32,000 nt of DNA from NCBI RefSeq assembly GCF_000018465.1, contig NC_010085.1:150001-182000 (forward strand). Direction: 5' to 3'. Position 1 is the first letter of the stretch. Each line of letters opens with the position of its first letter. The notes under the pieces were generated by a model. That model searched no databases, had not been told where the DNA came from, and saw nothing but the letters and a program-made list of their open reading frames with translations. The position numbers were made by a program, and so were the translations under genes. Below, in pieces: positions 23,772 to 31,279 of the stretch. The DNA comes from Nitrosopumilus maritimus SCM1. Lineage in GTDB: Archaea; Thermoproteota; Nitrososphaeria; Nitrososphaerales; Nitrosopumilaceae.

Positions 23772-24686
23772 TTAGATGTATGTCAACCAAGGCAAGAATC
23801 TTTCATCTTTGCCCATAACTACATCCGTAAATGACTTCTGTAGTGCTTTTGTAATATGGCCCATCTTTCCATTACCGATTTTTACTTTGTCAATCTGTGT
23901 TACGGATTTTACTTCAGCAGCAGTACCTGTCATGAATATTTCATCTGCAGCATACAGATCATCTCTTTCCAAATCTCGTTCAATAACAAATCCACCATTT
24001 TCTTCAATGATTTGTATGACACTATCTCTTGTTATTCCTTCTAATCCTCCTGCAGACAATGGAGGTGTTTGAATAATGTCATCTTTTACAACAAAGATGT
24101 TCTCGGCACTACCTTCGGCAACTTTTCCGTGCCAATTCAACATGATTGCTTCATCATATCCGTTCTCTAATGCTTCCATTCTAGCTAATGCTGCATTTGC
24201 ATAGTTTGATGCTGCTTTTGCTTGTGTTGGTTGAGATCTGGAATCAATCTTTATCCAACTTGATACTTTACATTTTGCTCCTGAGAATTTCCCTGCTTTT
24301 GATTCACCCATCTTCCACTCCCAACATGAAATAGAAGCATCTACTTTGTTTTGTGTTGGAGTTAAACCCATTGTTCCATATCCATAGTATGCTAGTGGTC
24401 TAATGTAACACTCTTTGAGTCCACTTGCCTTTACTGTTTTGATGATTCCATCAGAAATTTCTTTTTTTGAAAACTGCATTTTCATGGAATACAATTTTGC
24501 TGATTTGAAGAATCTATCTACGTGTTCTGGTAGTCTGAAAATGGCAGAACCATTTGGCGTATTATAACATCTGATTCCTTCAAAGATTGATGTAGAATAA
24601 TGTAATGCATGAGTTAGAACATGAACTTTGGCATCCTTGAATGGTACTAATTTTCCATTCATCCAGATTTTTCCAACTTCTTTCAT
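23772..24686 (-). CDS. ilvE: branched-chain amino acid aminotransferase (class IV PLP enzyme)
   Basis: IWMNGKLVPFKDAKVHVLTHALHYSTSIFEGIRCY, YIRPLAYYG, KAASNYANAALA, EGSAENIFVV and GITRDSVI are classic IlvE blocks. Confidence 0.92.
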   Translation of the reverse strand: MKEVGKIWMNGKLVPFKDAKVHVLTHALHYSTSIFEGIRCYNTPNGSAIFRLPEHVDRFFKSAKLYSMKMQFSKKEISDGIIKTVKASGLKECYIRPLAYYGYGTMGLTPTQNKVDASISCWEWKMGESKAGKFSGAKCKVSSWIKIDSRSQPTQAKAASNYANAALARMEALENGYDEAIMLNWHGKVAEGSAENIFVVKDDIIQTPPLSAGGLEGITRDSVIQIIEENGGFVIERDLERDDLYAADEIFMTGTAAEVKSVTQIDKVKIGNGKMGHITKALQKSFTDVVMGKDERFLPWLTYI

Positions 24687-24709
24687 AGGAGAGGAAAAAA
24701 ACTATGCTA

Positions 24710-24716
24710 ATTTAAA
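24710..24716 (-). promoter_or_regulatory. TATA box (TTTAAAT on the minus strand) for ilvE
   Basis: The minus strand reads CTTTAAATTAG. The TATA starts 30 nt upstream of the ilvE ATG (24686). Confidence 0.4.
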
Positions 24717-24779
24717 GAATTATCTTTTGATGCAATTTCTAGTATGAAACTACATATCTGACTAGACTCAAATTGTGAT

Positions 24780-24986
24780 GTGGAGTGGACTTTGGGATAT
24801 ATTGCAATTGCACTACTTGTTATTGGGTTAATTGGTCAGGCATTTGAAATGAGAAAAATTCGTCAAACTACTTACAGAGATGAACAGCTAGGCTCGCCAA
24901 CAATTTTTACAAATAAGAAAAATTTCAAATGGTATGGAATTCTTGGTGTTGGAATAATTCTATGGTATTTTGCTGAGCGTATGTAA
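24780..24986 (+). CDS. small two-TM membrane protein (68 aa), hypothetical
   Basis: GTG start. Helices LGYIAIALLVIGLIGQAF and WYGILGVGIILWYFA. There is no competing ORF, but it is short with a non-ATG start. Confidence 0.4.
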   Translation: MEWTLGYIAIALLVIGLIGQAFEMRKIRQTTYRDEQLGSPTIFTNKKNFKWYGILGVGIILWYFAERM

Positions 24987-24987
24987 T

Positions 24988-25005
24988 CTGATCTATATAG
25001 ATCAG
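24988..25005. repeat. perfect 18-nt palindrome CTGATCTAT|ATAGATCAG
   Basis: Read directly. It begins 2 nt after the TAA of the 68-aa ORF, between two convergent genes. It could form a 9-bp hairpin or be a dimeric protein binding site. Confidence 0.6.
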
Positions 25006-25037
25006 CTCTAAATAGTAGCAAATGCAAAGTATAGTAT

Positions 25038-25130
25038 CGCGTGTTTAGGGTAACGCCGGACTGAATCTAGATAATGGTCCAAGAACAAACCCTTGATGGC
25101 GCTACTGGTGTGAAAACCCGTGCGCCACAC
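25038..25130. ncRNA. GC-rich structured intergenic segment, candidate small RNA or 3'-UTR structure (class unknown)
   Basis: A locally GC-rich island in an AT-rich spacer. Nested complementary pairs: AGGGT(25047-51)/ACCCT(25089-93) enclosing GGAC(25058-61)/GTCC(25077-80), then hairpin TGGCGC(25097-25102)/GCGCCA(25122-25127). I could not fit a tRNA, 5S or C/D-box pattern. Confidence 0.25.
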
Positions 25131-25135
25131 TTTCA

Positions 25136-26551
25136 CTAAATAAAATTAATTTCTGAAATCTCTTGGTGTATTGCACTGATTGCTTTTCTAATGTTGTCTT
25201 TTGTATCTTCTACAACAATAATTATTCTTGAAGTTTCTTCTTGTGCATCCATATTCAAAATATTCAATCCTGCCTCACCAATCTTTGCACTTGTTCTGGA
25301 TGCAACTTGTTGAACTCTCCACATTTCATCCCCGATTAATGTGATGACTCCTCTGTTGTATGTTATTGTTGCAAGAGAATCAAATCCTAACAAGTATTTT
25401 TCATTTCTTTTAACATAATCTCCATCCAAAAATAATATTCTTGAAAATTCTATACCATCTTTTGTAAATGGAGATAAAATCACAAATTCACTGTAACGCT
25501 TGTCTTTGTCTAATGATGTCAGTAATTTTTGTATTGAGTTTGTTTCTATTCTAAAAATTGCACAATTTTCTTTTCCTGTAACAATTTTGATAGGATGACC
25601 TTTTTGTTCGTCTAAAATTCTCTTTATTGTGGTAATTTTATCTGGATTTTTCATATTTGTAACTGTAATTGGCATATCGACACCATTTTCAACAATCTCT
25701 TTAATTGCTATTGGATCTAGTATCTTCATTCCAAACATTCCTGCAAGTCTTGCTTCATTGTATGATAATTGATGAACTTCTCTTAATCCTGATTCAACAA
25801 TTTTTGGATCAGCTGAAACTACTGCACTATCTTTTTCAAAATCAATACTAGTTTCATAACTTTTATGAAATAAAATGCCTAGATCTGCTGCAGTACGATC
25901 AGAGCCTCCACGCTCATATGTAGTTGTAACATTATCTACTGTTTTTCCAATGAATCCTCCTATTGTAACCACCTCGTTTTGTTCTACCAATTCTGCAGTT
26001 TTGTCCATTTTTGTGCGAGATTCTGATGTAAGAAAATTTGTTGATTCTATGTTGTTATCTGTGATAATAGGCCAATCCTCAAAATCCACGGTTTCTGCTT
26101 TGATCTTATTGCTTCTTAGAATGTAGTTCATTACATGTGACATCAAAATCTCTCCTGAGAATGCCAGTGCGCGTGAACGAACTTCATCAACAAACTCTTT
26201 GCTTTCAAATGCCTCATCTAGTGCTTTTTTTGCCTTTTCAAGATTCTGTTCAATTACATTTTCACATTTTCCTTTATTTTCATCATCAACTAACTCTAAA
26301 ATTTTCTCATATGTTGATTTGATTATATCTAATGATGGCGTTACGCCATTTTCAGCATTTCTTCCTTGTTCTAACATTACATCTGTTAGAGAACGTTTTT
26401 TCCCATTATCTAATGTCAAAGGGGCTGAAAAAACTGCAATAACTTTGGAGTCTTGTTTTAGATTAGTGATTCTTTGAATGATTTCTGGAATAGATACTCC
26501 ATTGGGACCTATTGCACTACCTCCAAATTTTGCTACTACCAGCTTTGTCAT
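25136..26551 (-). CDS. aspartate kinase (amino-acid kinase domain + C-terminal ACT-like regulatory region)
   Basis: VVAKFGGSAIG N-terminal kinase motif, GGSDRTAADLG, and a C-terminal pair of ACT-like segments (ITLIGDEMWRV..., IIIVVEDTKD...). The length (471 aa) is typical of monofunctional archaeal aspartokinases. Confidence 0.75.
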   Translation of the reverse strand: MTKLVVAKFGGSAIGPNGVSIPEIIQRITNLKQDSKVIAVFSAPLTLDNGKKRSLTDVMLEQGRNAENGVTPSLDIIKSTYEKILELVDDENKGKCENVIEQNLEKAKKALDEAFESKEFVDEVRSRALAFSGEILMSHVMNYILRSNKIKAETVDFEDWPIITDNNIESTNFLTSESRTKMDKTAELVEQNEVVTIGGFIGKTVDNVTTTYERGGSDRTAADLGILFHKSYETSIDFEKDSAVVSADPKIVESGLREVHQLSYNEARLAGMFGMKILDPIAIKEIVENGVDMPITVTNMKNPDKITTIKRILDEQKGHPIKIVTGKENCAIFRIETNSIQKLLTSLDKDKRYSEFVILSPFTKDGIEFSRILFLDGDYVKRNEKYLLGFDSLATITYNRGVITLIGDEMWRVQQVASRTSAKIGEAGLNILNMDAQEETSRIIIVVEDTKDNIRKAISAIHQEISEINFI

Positions 26552-26567
26552 AGTACTTTAACAAAAA

Positions 26568-27590
26568 TCAATAGTTATCTATTAAGCTTTGAATGATTTT
26601 TGCAGCTTTTACTGCACCTTCGGTATTGACTTTATTTCTCTTTTCTTCTAATTTTGATAGAATTAACTTGTCAAGTCTTTTGATATCTTCAAAAACAAAT
26701 CCTTGTTCTTTCGCATTATCCTCTTGTTCAAAATGACCTTTAATTGGAATGAATATTGCGGGCGTACCATATGCATTAGCCTCATCAATTGTTGATTTTC
26801 CTGCAAGTGAAATTAACACATCAGCTGCAAAAATTATTTCATGCAAATTTTCTACAAATCCCAAATTTTCTACATTCTCAAATTTTTTTTCAACTGATGG
26901 ACCTGAAACTAGTACAATTTTAACATCTTGATTGATTTTTGTAATTGCCTCTAGTGCTTTTTCAATTAAAAACAATCCTGCATCAGTTCCACCAATTGAA
27001 ATAACAATTGTTTTTTTATCAAATGAAAATTTTTCTCGTAATTGTTCTCTAGTGTGATCTGTTTGTCGTACTATGGGTCCTACTCTTTGTATGTTGTCTT
27101 GTGCATCACCTATTTCTGGCAATATGACAATTTCACATTTTTTTATGATCTCTTGCATTGATTTATTCATCTTTTTTTCGATAAATGATGCTAGACCTTT
27201 TGTAAAATGTGTCTCTAAAATATCAGTAACCAAAATAGTTGGAATTTTCATTTCTTGAGCTACTGTTAGTGAAGCAAAATCCTCATCACTAATCACAATA
27301 TTAGATCTATTTTTTTCTAAAATATTTCGTGAAATGTTTTTACAATCTTTATAGTATTGATAGTAATTCCAAAGCCATTTTGCAGGACTTTTCAATGTAC
27401 CATTCTCAACAATGAATGATGGTGGATGATATACATCATCAACCTGAATTTCTAATTTCTTTAGAATTTTAGCAGCACCACTACCTGTAACAAAATTAGT
27501 TGTAATATTTTGGAAATTATTCTTGATTGCAATATCTCTTGTTACATGACCTAATCCTATTGGACTAGAAAAAAAATTTACAAGAACCAC
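26568..27590 (-). CDS. GT-B fold glycosyltransferase (GT1/GT28, MurG/UDP-glycosyltransferase-like)
   Basis: N-terminal SSPIGLGHVTRDIAI (GxGH loop), C-terminal IVISIGGTDAG...ADVLISLAGKSTIDEANAYGTPAIFIP...EQEDNA donor-binding pattern. GTG start at 27590. Confidence 0.7.
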   Translation of the reverse strand: MVLVNFFSSPIGLGHVTRDIAIKNNFQNITTNFVTGSGAAKILKKLEIQVDDVYHPPSFIVENGTLKSPAKWLWNYYQYYKDCKNISRNILEKNRSNIVISDEDFASLTVAQEMKIPTILVTDILETHFTKGLASFIEKKMNKSMQEIIKKCEIVILPEIGDAQDNIQRVGPIVRQTDHTREQLREKFSFDKKTIVISIGGTDAGLFLIEKALEAITKINQDVKIVLVSGPSVEKKFENVENLGFVENLHEIIFAADVLISLAGKSTIDEANAYGTPAIFIPIKGHFEQEDNAKEQGFVFEDIKRLDKLILSKLEEKRNKVNTEGAVKAAKIIQSLIDNY

Positions 27591-27669
27591 AAAATTGCTG
27601 TTTTTTTATCAAATTTTTAGATTCTGACCTTTCTCAAAGTTTAAATGGTTTTTAACAACGTTGGTTTCT

Positions 27670-27744
27670 GGGCCCATAGTCCAGGTCGGTTATGACGTCG
27701 CCCTTACACGGCGAAGATCCGGGGTTCAAATCCCCGTGGGCCCA
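27670..27744 (+). tRNA. tRNA-Val (anticodon TAC)
   Basis: GGGCCCA TA GTCC AGGTCGGTTA TGAC G TCGCC CTTACAC GGCGA AGATC CGGGG TTCAAAT CCCCG TGGGCCC A. The acceptor, anticodon and T stems are perfect. Confidence 0.9.
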
Positions 27745-27762
27745 TATTTTCAAATCTTATTA

Positions 27763-28044
27763 ATGATAATTGGTATCATTATATGGTTCATTTTGGCAAA
27801 AAGAAGAATTCGAACTGGTCGGGGTACAAGAATAATTGAAGTTGATGACAACGATTCTGCTTGGGCAGGAAATGATTTCAAAAAACTTCAAGATGCAAGA
27901 AAAAAAGCAGCTTCTGACAAGTATATCACTGTAGGTAGAGGAACTGGTAAAATCAAATTCGGTGATATTGAAAGCACACCAACAAAATCCACTAAAGGTA
28001 TGTGGGTGAGTTCAGGTAGAGGAACTGGAAAAAGAAAACTCTGA
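27763..28044 (+). CDS. small N-terminally anchored protein (93 aa) with three GRGTG/R repeats
   Basis: MIIGIIIWFILAKRR TM helix, then TGRGTRIIEV, VGRGTGKIKFG and SGRGTGKRKL. The track ORF (27661) runs through tRNA-Val, so I trimmed it to the first ATG after the tRNA. Confidence 0.5.
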   Translation: MIIGIIIWFILAKRRIRTGRGTRIIEVDDNDSAWAGNDFKKLQDARKKAASDKYITVGRGTGKIKFGDIESTPTKSTKGMWVSSGRGTGKRKL

Positions 28045-28140
28045 TAGTCGATACAAACCAATCAATGAATGTACATTGCTTAGATAATCTTATCCAAGAT
28101 TTTAAAATAAAAAATTCATTAAAAAAATTTTGATTGTAAG

Positions 28141-28488
28141 CTACTTGAAAGAACGTACTTTTCTAACAACTTTGTTATGATCTAGAGAAGCAGTTGTAGT
28201 GATATACAGAATATGGTTTTTTCCAGCAGGAATAACTAGTCTCTTGACTTTGTCATATTCTGCAACAACATATTTGCATGGTCCCAAACTTCTCATCAGT
28301 TTTTTTCGTTGCTTCCAATCTTTTGCTGCAGCTTTTAATGATGCCACACTTTGTTTTTTTGACACCAAAAGATTTACCTTCTTAGAACGTGCTGAGTACA
28401 GTAATTTGCCTTTGAGATCACAGACACTTACTACTCTTACAGAAGGACTGACTTTCAAAATTTTTTCAACAGCATTCTGAATTTCCAT
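28141..28488 (-). CDS. hypothetical protein (115 aa), paralog of 28619..28984; possibly Roadblock/LC7-like fold
   Basis: Shares DWKxRK...LG...EYDKVKR...G..H.L...D.N.VV with the divergent neighbour. The N-terminus AVEKILKVSPSVRVVSVCDLKGKLLYSA resembles Roadblock-type openings (weak). Confidence 0.6.
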   Translation of the reverse strand: MEIQNAVEKILKVSPSVRVVSVCDLKGKLLYSARSKKVNLLVSKKQSVASLKAAAKDWKQRKKLMRSLGPCKYVVAEYDKVKRLVIPAGKNHILYITTTASLDHNKVVRKVRSFK

Positions 28489-28618
28489 AATTGTTAGAAA
28501 TCATTCTAGATGATAAGATTTTCTAAATTCATTTAAAATGTAGATTTTGAACATTTTTTTAAAAAACTGTGCCTGATTTGATTTTTCACTTTAATAATTC
28601 CTGTTTTATAGAAAATTA

Positions 28619-28984
28619 TTGGATTATGAAAAATTCTGCTCTCAGATTTTAGATGCTGATCCTAAAATTCGATTTGCTACCGTGTATGATGAATGGGCAG
28701 TTCATGTGGGTGGTGGTATGAGAGAAGGTGTAAAAAACTTGCTTTCAGACCATGCCGAAAAAGAACTGGTAAATTTATCCATACTAGATTGGAAAGCCCG
28801 TAAAGATATGTCAAAATGGCTTGGAAAAACTATCTACACTCTTGGTGAATATGATAAGGTTAAACGATTCTCATTTTATCTTGGTGATGATCATCTACTT
28901 CTTGTAAGTACTGAAAAAGATGACGATACTAATGTTGTAGTTGATGAAGTTATTCGATTATATTATGAAAATCAAGATAAATAA
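28619..28984 (+). CDS. hypothetical protein (121 aa), paralog of 28141..28488
   Basis: TTG start. Contains DWKARKDMSKWLG...GEYDKVKRFSFYLGDDHLLLVS...DTNVVVDEV, which matches the neighbour block for block. Confidence 0.6.
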   Translation: MDYEKFCSQILDADPKIRFATVYDEWAVHVGGGMREGVKNLLSDHAEKELVNLSILDWKARKDMSKWLGKTIYTLGEYDKVKRFSFYLGDDHLLLVSTEKDDDTNVVVDEVIRLYYENQDK

Positions 28985-28987
28985 TAT

Positions 28988-29500
28988 TCATCCTATTTTA
29001 CAACAACTTTTACTTTGTAATCCTCTTGCAATCCAATAAATAGAAAATATCAATACTCCTACTGAAACAAATTTCAATTCTAATCCTTGCATTGGGAATA
29101 ATGATAATCCTCCAATTGCACCTAAAATTACTGCAAGTGGTGCTGTACATGCAGGACATCCTGGAGTAAATGCTGCAAATGCTCCTCCTAAAACTGCTGA
29201 TGAGTTAGTCTTTACTGAATTCACCATCTTCATTCTTTTCATTTTAAATGCCATCATTGCAAAATTGATACCAGCTAACGCTGATATTACAACTGTTAAT
29301 GTAATTGATGTTGCAATGTATGATGGAGATATTTCTACTGCTACATCAAAATGTGAAGGAAGCATTGACATTGTTAAAAAATAATAGATGAAGCCCAGTG
29401 CTGTTCCACTAATTATTGCAATTGTGGCATATCTTTTCATGCCTAAAACATTTTGAATTAATTGTAACTTGCTTACCAAACAAGATATTTTACGATTCAT
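28988..29500 (-). CDS. polytopic membrane protein with an intramembrane CPAC motif and a C-terminal CC pair
   Basis: Four hydrophobic helices. FTPGCPACTAPLAVILG lies at a helix start, and the C-terminus is SKSCCKIG. An alternative ATG start at 29440 is possible. Confidence 0.55.
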   Translation of the reverse strand: MNRKISCLVSKLQLIQNVLGMKRYATIAIISGTALGFIYYFLTMSMLPSHFDVAVEISPSYIATSITLTVVISALAGINFAMMAFKMKRMKMVNSVKTNSSAVLGGAFAAFTPGCPACTAPLAVILGAIGGLSLFPMQGLELKFVSVGVLIFSIYWIARGLQSKSCCKIG

Positions 29501-29560
29501 TATATTTTAACTATATTTCTATAATCAAAGATTTTTAGCCTTAAACTACTTAGAATCATT

Positions 29561-29812
29561 ATGACCGAATTTTCTTCTGAGGAAAAAATAATCTTGATTC
29601 AATATGGAATCAAAAAATATGAGGATGAAGCCACTTTACTTGAGAAATTAAAAAGCATACTTTCTGAAAAAGACATTCAGCGAAATATAGATACCCTGAT
29701 TGGAACTCAAAGAGTCAGACGTATTGGTCCTGAAATTCTTCAAAATAATGAAAGCCATACGGAATTACCAGAATTACCAGACAATCTCAAGCCTGTAATT
29801 GATAGCTTGTAA
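29561..29812 (+). CDS. small acidic hypothetical protein (83 aa)
   Basis: ATG-initiated ORF in an otherwise empty interval. I recognised no motif. Confidence 0.4.
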   Translation: MTEFSSEEKIILIQYGIKKYEDEATLLEKLKSILSEKDIQRNIDTLIGTQRVRRIGPEILQNNESHTELPELPDNLKPVIDSL

Positions 29813-29849
29813 GTAAAAATCTTAAATTGACCTCTGGTTAATTTTTGAT

Positions 29850-30302
29850 ATGAATCGAATAATTTTATTTTCTAGTATTTTTGTTATGGCAATCTTTTTG
29901 TCATTATCTGTAGATTCAGCTTTTGCACATCCTCATTCTGGTCAAATAATGGTTAATGATCATACACATACATCCCAAACAGAAATCATTCCATTTAATG
30001 GGATGATGGGACTAGAAAAATCAACACTTGTTTTCCATGCCCCTGAAAATAACGATTTACCATGGGGATTTGTAGAAGGAAAGATTGCAAATCATGTTGA
30101 GGGATATCCAGTTATTATTCAGATTTTCCAAAATAATGATGCTGTTCACTTTGCTCAAACTGATGTAGGAGAAGATGGTACCTACGAATACAAATTCAGA
30201 GTTTTACACTCTGAAAACGGTGATACAAAGAAAATCTTTGATGGGGACTATTCTGTAACTATCTTCAAAGTAGTGTATATTTACCAAGAAAATTTTATCT
30301 AG
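29850..30302 (+). CDS. secreted protein (150 aa) with signal peptide (AFA-H) and a His-rich mature N-terminus
   Basis: MNRIILFSSIFVMAIFLSLSVDSAFA|HPHSGQIMVNDHTHTSQ, followed by a beta-rich body (GTYEYKFRV, GDYSVTIFKVVY). There is no C-terminal anchor. Confidence 0.6.
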   Translation: MNRIILFSSIFVMAIFLSLSVDSAFAHPHSGQIMVNDHTHTSQTEIIPFNGMMGLEKSTLVFHAPENNDLPWGFVEGKIANHVEGYPVIIQIFQNNDAVHFAQTDVGEDGTYEYKFRVLHSENGDTKKIFDGDYSVTIFKVVYIYQENFI

Positions 30303-31180
30303 AATCCTCTTAATCCTTGAGGACGCATAATTTCTGGATGTTGCTTCATCCATTCTATCTTATCTAACATTTCTTGTTTATCTTGAGGAAATGTACCTTT
30401 GATTGTATATGCATTTGAGCCATGGTTTGCTCTAAAAACAATCTCATCTGTGGTATCAATTTGTTCAATCAAACTTTGTAATTCTTCTAATGATTCATCA
30501 TCATTAATTCTCACAAATTCCCCTTGGTACTTGTCAAGAAATTCTTGCTTTATTCCATTTTCTAAATAAAGAGTTAATGCACCTACATAATTTGGTGAAC
30601 AAGCACTAATTACTTCAGCAGTGCCTTTGATATGTTCTTTAGAATATTTTCTACCTCCCAAACCTAAAATCACCATACATGACATAACATAACCTGCATC
30701 TTTTGCTTTGTTGACTGATTTAATGATAGTTTTTCCAATTGCTCCTTTTGTTACTTTTTTTAAAACAATATCTGAACCACTCTCAATTCCCAAATAAAAC
30801 ATGTCAAGACCTGCTTCATTCATCTTCTTTAATTCCTCAGAAGTTTTCTTTAGAATATTCATGGGCATTGCATAACAAGAAATTCTTTCAATCTTTGAGA
30901 ACTTCTCTCTAATGTATTTTACAATTTTTATCATGTATTCAGAGTCAAGATTTAATGCATCTCCATCTGCAAGAAAAACTCTTCTGGTATCTGGCAAATA
31001 TTTTGCCATCATATCAATTTCTGATTTTACTTCATCCCATGGTCTTTCAGAATATTCTTTTGATCTGTACATATCACAAAATGAACATTCGTTAAATGAA
31101 CAACCTAACGTGACTTGAAAAATTAATGACCTTGCTTCTGAAGGAGGTCTGTATAGTGGTGCATCATAATTTAACATCAT
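30299..31180 (-). CDS. radical SAM domain protein (unusual CX4CX2C cluster spacing)
   Basis: YRPPSEARSLIFQVTLGCSFNECSFCDMY (three-Cys cluster motif followed by an aromatic), FLADGDAL, and YLGIESGSD (GGE-like/ribose motif region), typical of the radical SAM TIM-barrel core. Confidence 0.8.
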   Translation of the reverse strand: MMLNYDAPLYRPPSEARSLIFQVTLGCSFNECSFCDMYRSKEYSERPWDEVKSEIDMMAKYLPDTRRVFLADGDALNLDSEYMIKIVKYIREKFSKIERISCYAMPMNILKKTSEELKKMNEAGLDMFYLGIESGSDIVLKKVTKGAIGKTIIKSVNKAKDAGYVMSCMVILGLGGRKYSKEHIKGTAEVISACSPNYVGALTLYLENGIKQEFLDKYQGEFVRINDDESLEELQSLIEQIDTTDEIVFRANHGSNAYTIKGTFPQDKQEMLDKIEWMKQHPEIMRPQGLRGF

Positions 31181-31243
31181 TTTTATTTCAGCTATTTTTG
31201 GACAATTATGTTTTTTATACTTTGGTTAACTTAACACAAAATA

Positions 31244-31251
31244 CCTTTTAG
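31244..31251 (+). promoter_or_regulatory. TATA-like element (CCTTTTAG, context AAAATACCTTTTAGT) for the ArsR-like gene
   Basis: Lies about 30-35 nt upstream of ATG 31280. Its context is similar to the other promoters called here, but it is a weaker match. Confidence 0.3.
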
Positions 31252-31279
31252 TGGTAGGCGAGAAGATTTTGCATTCATT

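Noticed and set aside
25038-25130. Interpreting the GC-rich spacer as a tRNA, 5S rRNA, C/D-box or H/ACA sRNA
   Set aside because: There is no T-loop (GTTCRA) or 7-bp acceptor pairing, and it is too short and too dissimilar for 5S. The only C-box-like string (TGATGG) has no correctly placed D box (CTGA) on either strand. The hairpin before ACA is too small for a pseudouridylation pocket. It is kept only as an unclassified candidate.
26552-26567. Possible lysine/threonine-responsive leader or riboswitch upstream of aspartate kinase
   Set aside because: Only 16 nt separate the aspartate kinase start from the stop of the upstream glycosyltransferase gene. There is no room for a regulatory RNA.
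27661-27762. N-terminal 34 codons of the track ORF 27661..28044
   Set aside because: This part is read straight through tRNA-Val (27670-27744). The CDS was trimmed to the first ATG after the tRNA (27763).
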